DNA of 64,000 nucleotides from Fimbriosthenelais zetlandica (Eukaryota): positions 15,810,001-15,874,000 of the forward strand of contig OZ365113.1 of NCBI GenBank assembly GCA_977030845.1. Reading direction: 5' to 3'. Below are positions 20,613 to 33,590 of the stretch, in pieces (the first letter of the stretch is position 1; each line of letters opens with the position of its first letter). The notes beneath the pieces were generated by a model. That model ran no database searches, was not told the DNA's origin, and saw nothing but the letters and a program-made list of their open reading frames with translations. The translations under genes and the position numbers were made by a program.

Positions 20613-23110
20613 CTACAAATACACATAAAGAGAATATTGATTATTATATATGGATCAGAGAAGGATCCTTCAATGGCGAAGTATTTCTAGCTACAGTTCT
20701 TGTTAGTTGGTTGAGTGTAGGCTACCAAAGGCAAGGCAGTTCACCAAGCCTTGGTATATATAGGCCTATGCTTAGCTAGTGCATGAAAATCACCTTGAAT
20801 CAGTTTGACATTTTTGAATGAGGTCTTTATCTCTAAAGTGCTGACCCCACCAGCTCAGAAGCCAGGCTTGGTGGTGACGATGGGGCAAGGTACTTTTTGT
20901 GTTTGTGGACAATTATCGTGATTATGATGTCACAGGAGTGACACTAATACTGGCTCAGTGAGTGATAATAGGGGAAGTCACACGTAAAGGGCCAGACAAG
21001 TGGGGCACACTATAGAGTGGAAAGGTATATAGGCATACTATACACTGTGCCACCTTATATTTAGAATAGATCTTAGATGGTGATACAGTTCTAAAGAGGA
21101 ACTATTAGTGTCTCAGTGGAAGCAAGGAATCAATCTGATGCAAAATCTTGTCCTTGTTATGTTTTTTTCTCAGATCTTTAGGATGTTATTTCAGAGAGTG
21201 GTGTTAACTATGTTACTCTCCACTAGCACTGTTTTACATGTCATTTAACATGTGCTGGGACATGGCATGTCAGCATCATGGAAGGTGGGTGACAGATCGT
21301 GAGTGGGATGTGGTTGTGACGAGGGGAATCAACACAATGGCGACCCGGACGGAAAGAGAGGGCATGATTCAGTGTAAACACTGGGTCCCCGTCTGAAAGG
21401 TATCGTCCCATTCATAATAAATAGCTTTTGGTCAATTGAACGGCCAGGCTAGGTGAGTGTGGGTGATTGGTTGGGTGGGTTTGGGGGTTAGCCTAGTGGG
21501 GCTGGGCTGTGGATTAGATGGTAGTGCGCCATGGAAAAGCAACATCATAACATGAAGGCTGCAAGAATCATGAAAGCTTCCCCCATCCCAATATTAACCA
21601 CAACATGTAAAAACCACAATAACCCCCTCATATATCCCATCTCTCTACATAAAGCCATTAGCAGCCACAGCATAACATAACCCCATTTTAACGACCCATT
21701 TTACAAATTCATGAGAATGTCACGACTGCTGTTACTTCACGGGCTCAAAACATGAAATGTATTGTTGTTCGCTATAATCAAATATGCCTGTTTAGTATTG
21801 ACTTCCCGCTTGTTTAGAAGCGCCTGAAGCCACTGAATGGCCCCTTCAAAACCACTTGGTACTGTTGGTACTCTTCTCGGCTCGTTGGGGAGCTCGTTAT
21901 GGATATAAGCCAATAACTGTAAGCACTTGAAGGGAGCTGGCCAAGTGGTCTATTTACCCAACTGACCATCTCACGCATGCTGCTGTTAATGGGGAAAATA
22001 ATATACATACTGGACATAAAGCACTCGTCGGGTCCTCTACATATTTCTCATATATTTAGAATATTTATAAATAAAACTGGCCACTTTGAAAGGGCACCTA
22101 TGGGACCCACTGATGTTATTTGATTGTCTAATATCAGTTCAACTTCGGATATTCTATTAACCAGCTGGTTGCATACAAATGGTAACAAAAAAAATAGAGT
22201 GCGAATGAGGGAAAGGAAAAGTAAATAGGGACAATTTTTACAACGTGCTTGATTATGTGTAGCCATCTGTAAAGTGATAATACATGCTTTATTAAGTGCT
22301 TTGTACTTTCCCCCTTTCTCTATAGTCCTCTGCCTACAACAGCTATCATACATGCTACAGGGCAGAATCTTTTTAACTATGATCTATGTGGCTTTTGGTC
22401 ATTTTTTGTGAAGAAAGATAGTCCAGATAGTCCATGTGTGTGCAGGAAAAGAGTGAAAAAGTTTAATTGCAGCCATAAGGCCAACCGTGACGGTCTAAAA
22501 TAAAAAGTAGAAGCCAGAACTATCCTCTTCAAAACTCGGTTCACAATTAGGCTCAAGCAGACAGATGGTTAGGAAACATATGGAAGGCAAAAACAAATTT
22601 GTTAATTTTCCAATTGTGAGAAGTCACAGTCAGTGTTTTAGTATCGTGTAACAAAAGTTGAACGTACCGTAGTAATCTAAGGAGGCCCCCGATCCATCAC
22701 GTATATATTCTGCCAAATGGGACAGAATATTAATACCAAATCATAATAAGCAATTCAAAACATAAAAATCAATTTCACTTTAGATGAGATTCTATGCAGC
22801 CTTCCTATCCCATACCCAGCCAACACCATATTTAAATCCCCTTTACTCGTTTTTTTCAAGACACTTGTTAACACTGATTGCATTGACTTTCAGTAGCGAG
22901 TACAATTATAACAAGAGTTACTATAATCAGTGAGTGACAAAGAAAGCCAAAATGGACCCCGCAATCATTATGTCAAGCTTGGTGTCGAACAAACAACCGG
23001 TTTTCCCGTATTTACATCCCATTTGTGTTACTCGAACATATAATCAAATGGGAAAACTGTTGGTGACACCATTTACATAGTTAGGCCACAGATGATGGGT
23101 ATTCAGCTTA

Positions 23111-23130
23111 CCCCCCCCCCCCCCCCCCCC
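23111..23130. repeat. Poly-C homopolymer (20 nt)
   Basis: Directly visible C20 run. Confidence 0.95.
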
Positions 23131-26100
23131 TGCACCTCTTGGGAAAACTATAAGAAATCAGGACTTGTGATAATGACCATTGTAGATGCGCCTTTACCTG
23201 CGGGAATTTTCAATGCTCTAATATTTACACCACCGCCTAACCTGGAATTATGAGCTATTGACCGGTACTGGCCTGGCTAACTGACCAGTCTTACGCAATG
23301 TGTCAGCATCTAAGGTCGGTATGAAAGAAGTGAGAAAGAGGGAGAAGATGGGAGTTAAAGATGGGAGGGGAGGTTGTCACACCTTGTATGATGTAACTTG
23401 ATATAGTTATGTCTTCACGGGAGGCCAAAAGGACATGTCCACAGTGGATGGGAACATCTAATTCTAACACTTATAGGCAAACAATTACATTTCTTAACCT
23501 GATGCACGTAGATTTGGCGGGTTACAATCTGAATGTTTGGCCATTGCCTTATAGATCTATGCTAAATTTCGACAATGTCATTTTGGTGCCCAAAATATAG
23601 ATTTCATGCAGGCCTAGGAGTGCACACCCACAGAGTGTCATTCCCACGGCTGTTAAAGTTTTCCCACAACCCTTTCCCTCAAGTCTACAGCTATTCATGG
23701 TAGTGGAATATATTAAATGCAGTATCAAATGGGCGTGATACATGTTCAGTGGTCCCTCTCTCAACATATTCAACCCTCAGGGGTAGATGTCTAGAAAGCT
23801 GAACTCCATCTCATGAGACCATTCCAAACCTCTCAACACACTGGCAGATGATCTGCCCCACCCCTAAACTTAGCCCCCTAAGGGATTTCACCCCATGAGA
23901 GATATAGAGGAATGGAGAGGGGTATCCTCCCAGAAAGAGGTACCAACACCAAATGTGTTATTCTTTGCATATCAGGGAACTCGGAGTTAGGAGATGGTGA
24001 TATATTGCTGTAGGAATAGTAGGACGTGTGGATATAGCACGAGTTGTTCGCCTGTGGGTGTATGTAGGCCTGTGAGTGACGGGAGAGTAGGTAGTCCCCG
24101 GGCTAGCCGGGTATCAGATGCCGCCGGCCGCCCGCCTCACGTCCGCCGACACGGGCTCAACTTTCACGGGACGGCGTCCGGCACTTGACTCCCCTGACGC
24201 CGACAGAGATTGGAACCAGGCTGGTTCAACAACAAACTGTCGGCGTCGGCACCACCAGTGGGCCACGAGGGGTTAAACGAAAGCAAATTGTTCGATTAAG
24301 GTAATTGGGAAGTAATCAGTTTACAGAGGGGCCAGGGACTGTCTGTGGAGCATCAGGAGGGGAGGAGTTGATCACTTGTGACGTGTACACCAGAGGGGTG
24401 TGCTCCACGGGGGGAGAGACCGCGTCAACACGCCAGTCTCACCGGCCATATACCGCCACTCTCCCGGTGCCACATCCTATCCCTCGGCCCATCCATCCTC
24501 TTCCCCCTCAGTCCTGTACTGGGATGGCTATTGGGCTGGCATATAATCCGATTCACCAATTACTATCTGTCAGTTGGCATTCTCCAGGGAGACTACATGC
24601 TTCCATAAGCCCTGCACTTTCAGGATGTCCGGGTATCATTTTCCCGCTTTGGTTTACAAGACCTTATTTTTCTATCTGACCAAGGTTTCCCCTGCGTCAC
24701 TGTGGCAATGTAAGACGATATTTCAGCTTTAATGTATTTTACACAAAGTTTGAAGTATCTGGCCAGTGTTATAAACACTGTCCCCCCCTTCTATTGGTAA
24801 AGCCTAACATTTTAGTGGTTTTCGTCATGCAGAAAGTAGCCTAAAAATCGATGTAGTCTAGTCCCTAATTTCAATTTGGAGGAAGCATAATTTTCAGGGA
24901 ATTATATTTCAAAGGGTGAGGTGATCCAAAATCTTAAAGTAGGTAGACCTACATTCCCTGTGATTCCCAAAACAACCCCAGCCACCCTATATACCCAGAC
25001 AGCTCTCCCCCCAGAGTCTTTCCTTTCATCCCCTTTTACACACAAATTGTCAACCACTCATGTATATGTACAAATATATGTTTCTGGTCAAGCAGTTTCT
25101 CTGCTTCTCCCCAAGCTTTACTAGACGGGTATCGACTGTAACATGCAAGAGTGCCGAGTTCACGACCATTACATGTCACTTCCCATCTCTCCCAGGCCGG
25201 GGGCAACATGTCCCCAAAGTGCAGCCAAGAAGCCAGTTTTAACCACCCCCTCGGACCCTCTCACGAACGTTAAATGTTGTCATGAACCCTCAAATGATGG
25301 TCCCACAACAGTCGTTCTAATGTCCCAATTGTCTCTTATTTGCTTCTCAAAGCCAACAGGGCCAATTCAGTCACCAGCACTAAATACCAGTTTTTGAGGG
25401 AGCAATTTAAGGCAAAGTCCAGTCAGTTTGAGGCACGCATGGAGATTTTAATGATCTTCCTTTCGCCTCTTGCATGTTTCTGGAAATAGTTTCTTCCCCA
25501 TCAAAATGAAATGGAACTTTCATATTGGCAGGACTGGAGTTGGTAGAAGCGAATGGACACGCGACTTGGTCTTAATGAATGTGTATTATATCATGACAGA
25601 AGCTTCCAGCTTGGAGAGAGAGAGGAGAGAAGAGACTGAGCAGGTGGTTGGCCCTTGCACCAGCAAATAACTCCTTTCTCTCAAAAAGTATCCTTTCCTG
25701 TTCTTTATGTGCAAGCCTTAAATACTTGGCCACAGAAATTGAGAACTGTAACCAATGAGCATTCATAGACACAAACTGTGTGCACAGTGAAATCAGGGTA
25801 GTCAGGCACCCCAGGCCTGAGACCATCTAGGCCTCTTTTATTGCCCAACAACTCTATAAGAGCTTCCCCTATACAAAATGGCAGAATCAACAAACCATAC
25901 ATAATTCATAATCTGGATTGAGGCTTACTCATACTGCTTTAATACTAGCAAATCAAAGAGTCTATACCATTATCCCTGAAATAACTTGTTATATGGAAAG
26001 ATGTTTCGGTGAATGGACAAATATCGTCAAATATTAATATCTAGGCCGCGTTGGTATTGTGGGTGCTCATACATGGAGGGGATAGCAGGTAGACGTCAGG

Positions 26101-27222
26101 TCTGGGGTATCTATGTGGGCCACTATTACTGGTAGCCAGGTAGGGTACCCTGGATTCCTCCATTCCCAGCTTTAACGATCGTTACGAGCTGAAGCCATAG
26201 GAAGCCACCTGCAGACTGATTTGATGCTGGTTCACTGACTGCTAAAAAGTCATTCACTTTTTTATCATTGCCTTATCATAGCCAGTCGGCCTTAATTAAA
26301 ATATGCATTCATTATAAAGGTTGGCATGATACAACCGGCATCGGAAGCATATTGAGAATCGGGTACAGCTTGAGACTAGTACTGCTGTTTAATTAGGGTA
26401 ACCTACCCAATATTAATTAGTACTCCCTCTATTTCAGTCAGTTAGAAAAGGTCTCTTCGAAAAGATCAAACAGACTCGCTATAAAAACTAATCCATATCA
26501 AACTGTATTATAAAACCGATTTAAGGAATGGATATCTTGTATATGCCTAAAAGAATACAAACTATTCTCGAATGATATGTGTACTTGTATATCAATCAGC
26601 AAATCTATGGTATAGACAAGTCTAAGAAAGAAGGTATATTTTAATGTTGAGAATAAGAGCCCATGCCTTTAGCCTTGGGGGGAGCGACATTCATTGCCCA
26701 TGCAGTGACAGTATGCACTCCCTCACTGGTCACTCTCTGTTTTCTCTGACCACAAAACAACATTTTCTTATTGTTATAGCGAACTATCATGGACTATCCT
26801 TGAGGAAGACCAAGAATTGGATTGAAAACAAGACTCCCAGGGTTGAGGTGTGTGGGCCAGGGGTGTAAGAGAAACAGTCAGCAAATATGTCTATCAACTG
26901 TACTACCAGCTACTCTGTTTACTCAGATAGCACAGCCTGTAAGTGAGGCAGAACTGGGCAGAAACTGCTGAATCATATACCTTAGGCAAACCACTTAGGG
27001 GTAAATTACAGAAAAATGGTTCCCCAAAACACATAGAACATTATCTTGCCATTATGTGTAAGGAACCTGGAGCAATAACAGCTAACTCAAGTGGTTGCTG
27101 GTCCCCTGACACGTCAGTCAACTCATACCATGCAATCCACATCTATACTATAGACACTTCCCCCCACATTATAAGTCAATTATTTTACAGATATTAAAAG
27201 ATAAATTTTGATATGTACTTAC

Positions 27223-27484
27223 TATGTGTAGGTCTGTAAGAATGGACAGCACGAGCGGCCGCTGGTGATGAGTAGTAAGAGTTTACATGGTTCGCCTGAG
27301 AGTCCATACCTGGTGGGAAAAACATATCCGTGTGTGGTGGGGGTGCTCCCGGGGGCGGAGGTGGGGGTGCTCCTCCGGGTCCCGCTCCTGTCACGGCGTC
27401 CTCTCCATGAGCTCCGAGCATGTTAGAAGTGTCTGGACGGATCCAGTGACTGCTTTGATGTTGGTCTGCTCCTACAGGATCCAT
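27223..27484 (-). CDS. GATA123: GATA1/2/3 coding exon 1 with start codon (MDPVGADQHQSSHW...NSYYSSPAAARAVHSYRPTH)
   Basis: ORF 27194-27484. ATG context caaaATGG, donor CATA|gtaagt (phase 1), in frame with the next exon. Resembles the GATA2/3 N-terminus in layout. Confidence 0.9.
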
Positions 27485-28141
27485 TTTGGTAGGAATATTT
27501 TAGTAGTCCAACACTAGACAGGTGTGTGAGTGAAGGGGGATGGTAGCTACTGACTGGTAGGTAGGGATGATGGTGAGACTGGAGCCACTGGTTTCAGCAG
27601 CAACAGCATCAGCAGTGGTAGCAGTAGCTGCAGAACACAAAACAGTTTTTTTGTTCAGTGTCCCAAATTTTCCAAGGGAGGCCAACGGCTGCCCAAAGGG
27701 TAAACAGGCCCGGATGTATCAATGTAATTTGTCACTAAGAAACAGTAAGGTTTCTTATCCCTGGAAAATTGCCGGTAGTTAATCACAAAGGAAAAAAATC
27801 ACACTTTGTTCCAAATATTGGTAGCTTGATTTTGCAGCATATGTGGATGTTCCATTGGGGAGTTTGAAGCACTTCTAATGTTTACGTAAAACAGTTCACT
27901 TGGGTTCAGAAGTTCAATGTCAAATCCAAAGGTTGATTGAAACAAAGAGCTGGAGTTTTGGTTGATATTGGATATGTCACTTTGTATGATTGTATATAGT
28001 CCGGGTTTGAGGTTAGAAATTGTCCTCTGGACAACACATGCCACCTAAGTTGACGGCTTTGGAGGTGAGTTGGTAGCACACTGACCACTGGTGGTGGATG
28101 TGAACAGTTGCGTACTCTTGGTCACTGGTTACTTTCTTCAC
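27485..28141 (-). other. Putative 5' UTR part of the ATG-containing exon
   Basis: Strong acceptor ccttttctgctattacag|G at 28141. A weaker alternative acceptor cactcacacacctgtctag|T lies at 27513. No transcript evidence. Confidence 0.5.
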
Positions 28142-28819
28142 CTGTAATAGCAGAAAAGGTAATATATTTTAAATGTTTTGTCATAGAACAATACAATAAT
28201 TGCATGAATATTTGTATGGTTGATAAATATAAGCATAGATATGATCATGTACATTAATTGTATTCATACAAAGGTTAATCCTATGAGAAGATAGTGATCA
28301 TTCCAATCTAAAACCTTTCTGAAAGGGAAGAAAAGCCTAATTTGAGTACAGTGTTCTAAGCTTGGAGCGGAGAGAGACTGTGGTGCCTATCTTTTTGTCA
28401 CATGACATATACATCATTAGGCAGTGAGATATGATCTTAGTATGTTCAGCGAGCCAAGGAAAAGTAAAAAGATTTCTTGACACTGGTTTATGTGAGGGAA
28501 GGTGGATATGCTGGTCGCATATGGATGGCATCAGCAGGGGTACCTCTATGTGGGTTTGTTTAGTGTTGATATTTCTCCACGTGCCTGATCTATGGGGGAG
28601 CGCTGATCTTACAATACTTGGATATCCCTGTAAAAGTGTGGAGACCATTGATCTGCCATTTTACAAGCGCTCTGTACACAACGTTTAAGTGAATCTGTCA
28701 ACACTTCACTGCTCAAGCTCATCGCATGAAAGAGAGGGGATTCCATGCCCCGCCAATAATGAGCTCTCTTTTTTTCAAAAAGTGATAAATATTTCTTTCA
28801 TTCTGAGAGAAGTACCCAC

Positions 28820-29250
28820 CTATGCTTCATGTTGTCTGAATTGAACACCAAAAGTTAATCCACTAGTGTAGGGTTTGGTGGTACTGTCCTTTTAGAAGTT
28901 CCTTGTATGATATATAGGTATCTACTTCAAGTTGTTTCCCGTGTAACATGAAGGGATAGAGTATAGAGAAGACTGTGAGGGGTCTGCTACTTATGTAGCC
29001 GACGACTAGTCAGGGTCTGTGCAAGAACTGAATGTGAAGCCAAGTGTTGAGGAGTAGGGAGACCTCTATAGGGGGATGGAAGAGTGAGGGAAGAGGTGGG
29101 TGGGAGGGAGGGAGTGAGGGGTGGCTCTGGTGGGCGGGAGTATGGGTGGGAGGGAGGAGGCGGTGCTGTGGCATTGGTGGTTGCAGGGCTGGTTGGTTTC
29201 TAGTACTGAAATCCTCTGCCAGGGAGCGCAGTTGTTGCCGCCAAGCCTGG
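28820..29250 (-). other. Putative proximal non-coding first exon (5' end approximate)
   Basis: Donor ATAG|gtgggt at 28820/28819. Lies directly downstream of a CCAAT-containing GC-rich block and could splice to 28141. Confidence 0.4.
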
Positions 29251-29400
29251 CGCCAACTCGCTACGGTTGACGGAGCGCCCGGCGCGTCTCCCAACTGTAA
29301 TGACCAATCATGGGCCACATTACATTGTTGATATTGACATAATGGCGACAGCAGCGTTCAGATCTCATCGCTGATTGGTTTAATATCATAGACTGAATAA
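29200..29400 (-). promoter_or_regulatory. Candidate proximal TATA-less promoter
   Basis: NF-Y consensus CTGATTGGTT at 29371-29380, second CCAAT (GACCAATCA) at 29302-29310, CpG-rich 29220-29300, YY1-like AATGGCG at 29341. Confidence 0.55.
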
Positions 29401-31020
29401 TTCCTCCGACTTAGGCCTTGTCAATCAATATGGCAGCGGTTTTAAATCCAAGGAAAGAAAAAGAATACCCCGAGCGACCTTTCTTTGGTCTAGTTACCTC
29501 CTATTTAATGATCTTTCATTCAAAAAAGAAGACCGCTTCGATCTCTGTCAAACACGAGTTTCCCTTATCTCTGATTTGCCCATCTGAAAAGGACTCGTAG
29601 CTATTCCCTATTGTTGATTTTTATCCCTGTCAAATTACGGGAAAAATAAGTAAAATAAGACCCACTTTAAAATGAGAGCTTTTGTGTTTAGACTGGTCTA
29701 GGCTGATATAACGCCAGACAAGCGAATACAGTCTGAGCAGACGATAGTTTCCTTTCTTCCTGCCAGTGGCTATAACTGTATCAATCTGATAATCAGAAAC
29801 ATCATCAAGATAGTCTATGTTATCCATATTAAACCCTACTCATCATACTTGGCATGTAGATCCATTTTGATAAACCTTTATCAGCTTAATATACATAAAG
29901 TTCAAGTCAATATATGATGTCTTTTTATTGCAGTATTTGTATGCAATTGTAAACATATCAAACATTCCTAAGAACATCGCCAGGGAATGAATCACTGGCA
30001 CAATTTTCACTTTTCCTATACCAGGCATCACGCAAACTAGCACAGGGGCAGGGTGAATGTAAAGACCAGTTCTAAGCTTTGAAATATGTTTAAATCTTCG
30101 TTGAAGTTGACTTAACGATATAGAATATACTCCTCGCATTTCAGGAATGACCCCTATACATTTCTTATACGACTCAATACCATGATGCCATGACATTGTA
30201 CGCTGGTATTAAAGGTATTAACATTCCATTAAAGCTAAATATGCGAATTTAAATATTTCATTGTTGTAGCGTACAAAAGGTAGAGTTCTTCACCGCGCGA
30301 ATTTTCAAAATGAACCCCATAAATACATGTTGCATTGGAATCATGGAAATAGGATGCACGTTGGTGTCAACCCGCGAATAAGGTTATAATTAATGACTCC
30401 ATATCTTCTTCTCACCCCTTTAAAGACAGGGTAATGATAATATGGAAGAGAAGACGTGTCATCTTTCCATTTGTAGGAGGGTGGAGGTGAGGAGGAGATG
30501 GCCGGGCATTGCGCAAGGCTATAGCCTAGCCTGCTGAGTGAAAACATCTGGTAGCCAGGGGGTATAGAGATAGAGAAGGGAGGGGAGGAGGCAGGTCGTC
30601 AGATGGGATGGGCAGACGTTATGAACATCTACAATTACATAGCAATGTCAAACGTGACATCTTCTACTTCTAGGATGCCAGTCTAGTTACCAGCTTTGAT
30701 AAGAATGCCCGGGTATACCCGTCACTTCAGATTATTACACCTTCATTCAAATACATAAGCTCATAATGAAAACATAATCTGGCCTCTATATCTGATTTGA
30801 GATGAAAAATATAGTTGCGGAATAAACAGATATTGGGTGATTGTTATGTTATGAGCCGGGTATCATTATACAATAGCCAGCCTTCATTATAAATTCAGCG
30901 TATTTTTAAAAGATGATTTCTGTATTAACATGCAAGATGCTATCTGGTTTTGGGAGCATTTTGTGGAAACGGCCACCCTGAAGAACGTTAAACATCAAAG
31001 GCCTAATTGTAGCCGAGTAT

Positions 31021-31475
31021 ATATGATGTGTTTATGGAAAAATATTTCAGATTGAATTGTCACGTATTGGACAGAATCTACTTTGACCCACATCAAAAGT
31101 TTGATGTGTTTAACCAACGTTGGTTTAACCTTTTACTCTAAGGTTTAACATTCTCGGAGCCAGTCTGTTTTGAGCTCAGTGTGAACATTTGACAGTTATA
31201 TAATACGGCCCACACCTTCCACCCACAGACTGGTGAGCTTAAAACAGCCGCCTTTGTATCTGAGCATATGATGTGTTTATGGAAAAAATAGAAATCATTG
31301 AGATTGAATTATCACGTAAGGGACAAAATCCACTTTAGTCCACATCAAAAGTTTGATGGTTTAACATTTTCGGAGCCAGTAAATCTGTTTTGTAGTTCAG
31401 TGGGGAGAAGTTGAGAGTTATATAATAAGGCCCACACCTTCCATCCACATACTGGTCAACATAAAACAGCAGCCT
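31021..31475. repeat. Degenerate tandem duplication, two copies of about 210-235 bp
   Basis: Copy 1 at 31021-31253, copy 2 at 31266-31475. Shared blocks: atatgatgtgtttatggaaaaa, agattgaatt.tcacgta, cacatcaaaagtttgatg, cggagccagt, gttatataata.ggcccacaccttcca, aaaacagc.gcct. Confidence 0.92.
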
Positions 31476-33576
31476 CCTCCCATCACATCCCATTATCCTA
31501 GATTAATGTCACATCAAACAAACCAGGAGCTGTATGCCACCTTGCTTCATAAAACTCTCTCTAAACATCCTCCTCTTACCGCCATCCTGACATATCCTGT
31601 TCAGGGACTGTCAGAAATGACCGTTTCCTCCAGTGTGTCATCTTTCATACACAGGAAACTCTGACCACTAGGGAGCCCAGACTGTATGGCCATATCCGGA
31701 GTTTCTACCCTCTACTGGCTTTGAAGTTAAAAGCATGAAATTGCCCCCACGGTATTAGCCAATTTACTAACAACCCCCATCCTTCATGTCCATTTACCAA
31801 GCGAACACCAGCAGCAATATCTGACGTTTTAACCAACATTTTGGGCAAAAAAAGTCAGTGAACGTTCATTAGATGCCGGTTCGAATCAATAAAACGAAAT
31901 AAAGTGGCAAGAAAAAAGTCCCGGGAAAGATTTATGGTTATTTCCCACGGTGCATGGAATTGCAATTGCTCAGGCCGCGCCCCCGTAGAGCAGGGTTATT
32001 ATAATCGTTATTAGCCTCATGCTAGCGACGGCATTTCATGATCAAAAGCTCCCCAAAACAATACAATCATGAGCGGAAAACAACCTGAGAGAACAGTTCA
32101 CAAAAGTTGACCCTTTGAGAATGAGGAGGGGGTCGACCATCCCAGACTTTCCCATTGGTTTTCTGTCCCAGTATACAAACCTTGGCCCCTCTTTGGTCTC
32201 TGTGGCCGTAGGCTTATTATAACATGTTTGTCCAGCTCATTAGATGGAATTAAAGGTGCTTAGGATTCTTAAGCGGATTGTCATCAAGGCTGAATGGCTG
32301 GCCGAGCCTTGTTTAGAGTAGCTATTGTGACCATTTTAACTTGTTTGGATATCCTAGCCCCTTTTATTTACACAACCCATTCTTCTCTGCTCATTTTACG
32401 CCGCGGTCAAGGGTTCCGTCTCATCCTTCATAGGTCCACTGTTTATTTGGGACATTGGATTATTTGAGATATATTTATTTCTTAAACAAATCATGTTCAT
32501 CCCTTTAGCGTTTTGAGTCTGCATTCTTTGGTAATGCATGCGCCTTTTCATGGGCATGTCTGCTCAACGGAAAATATGTCAGCTTTAATGACTAAATTGA
32601 TGAGGGCGTATCTGAGAGAGAATGATTGTGACAATAGAGAGCTACATAATCCCAGACCAGATCTGTCTTAGCTTATTATCCCTGCTAACTGGGGACGGGC
32701 AGGTTATTGAAATGACAGTCACTGTGGTCCCTAGAAACCAGTATAAGCCGTAACACCCAGCGGGAGGGTCTGATGCAACGGGCAAAAGCCAGCCCCAATG
32801 AAAAGTTAATCTCTAAAGATATTTACGTGAACTCTTGGGGTCCACCATTGAAATGTGGACATTCTGGCGACCAAGGGATGAGACAAGATCACAACTGAGG
32901 CACCGGAGAGGCGGATGCCTTCTCCATGTCTGACCCCTTAATGGTTTAACCCGCTTTATATACTTATTTCATTGAAATCGTCGTCTGCTTTTGAGAGAAG
33001 TGACCCATCGTCCCATGGCGCGGGCGTCCATCTCACATAAAGATGATGTCTGAGCATTTATTTTGATGGATGTTTTGTATGTAATAATCCTCTGAGATGT
33101 CGCCTGCTCCCATTGGGAGCTCACAGACGAAGCCAGTACTACTGAAATGTCAGTTTAGGGAGGAATAAAATGATGAATGATTAAATATCTTGGGGGTGGG
33201 GGGCCAGGGTAGGCATTTTTAATAGAGATGCTAGTCTCTGGGTTTGGCGGTGGGCCACACTTGTTCCCGCCTTGTCGCCCCTATCCACGTGCCCTCACCA
33301 GCGATAAGCCCAAGATAAGAAGAGTAAACGTAGATATCCATCATTGCTTGTTTACAAAACAAACGACCAATCAGGACGTCATAAGCATCCTCGTCTCTAT
33401 CACTTGCCCAACTATTTACACACTTTTCACTAATGAAGACTTATCAACAAACCATGTTAACACATCAAAAAACTCCATAACCCCCCAAAACACATATGAC
33501 AATAGTGGACCAAAGCCATGTCCGTCCATTTAGAGTTGACTATTCTGGCATGGCATTTTCTAAAGAAATATTTGTG

Positions 33577-33590
33577 TTTTGGCGCGAAAA
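33577..33590. promoter_or_regulatory. Double-overlapping E2F site TTTTGGCGCGAAAA
   Basis: Contains the reverse complement of TTTCGCGCCAAA, the classical DHFR-promoter E2F element, at the edge of a GC-rich block. Confidence 0.5.

Noticed and set aside
20220-20690. Plus-strand ORFs overlapping exon 2
   Set aside because: Antisense shadows of a GC-rich coding exon.
31878-31887. Pol III B-box-like GGTTCGAATC
   Set aside because: No A-box or cloverleaf nearby; not a tRNA or recognisable SINE.
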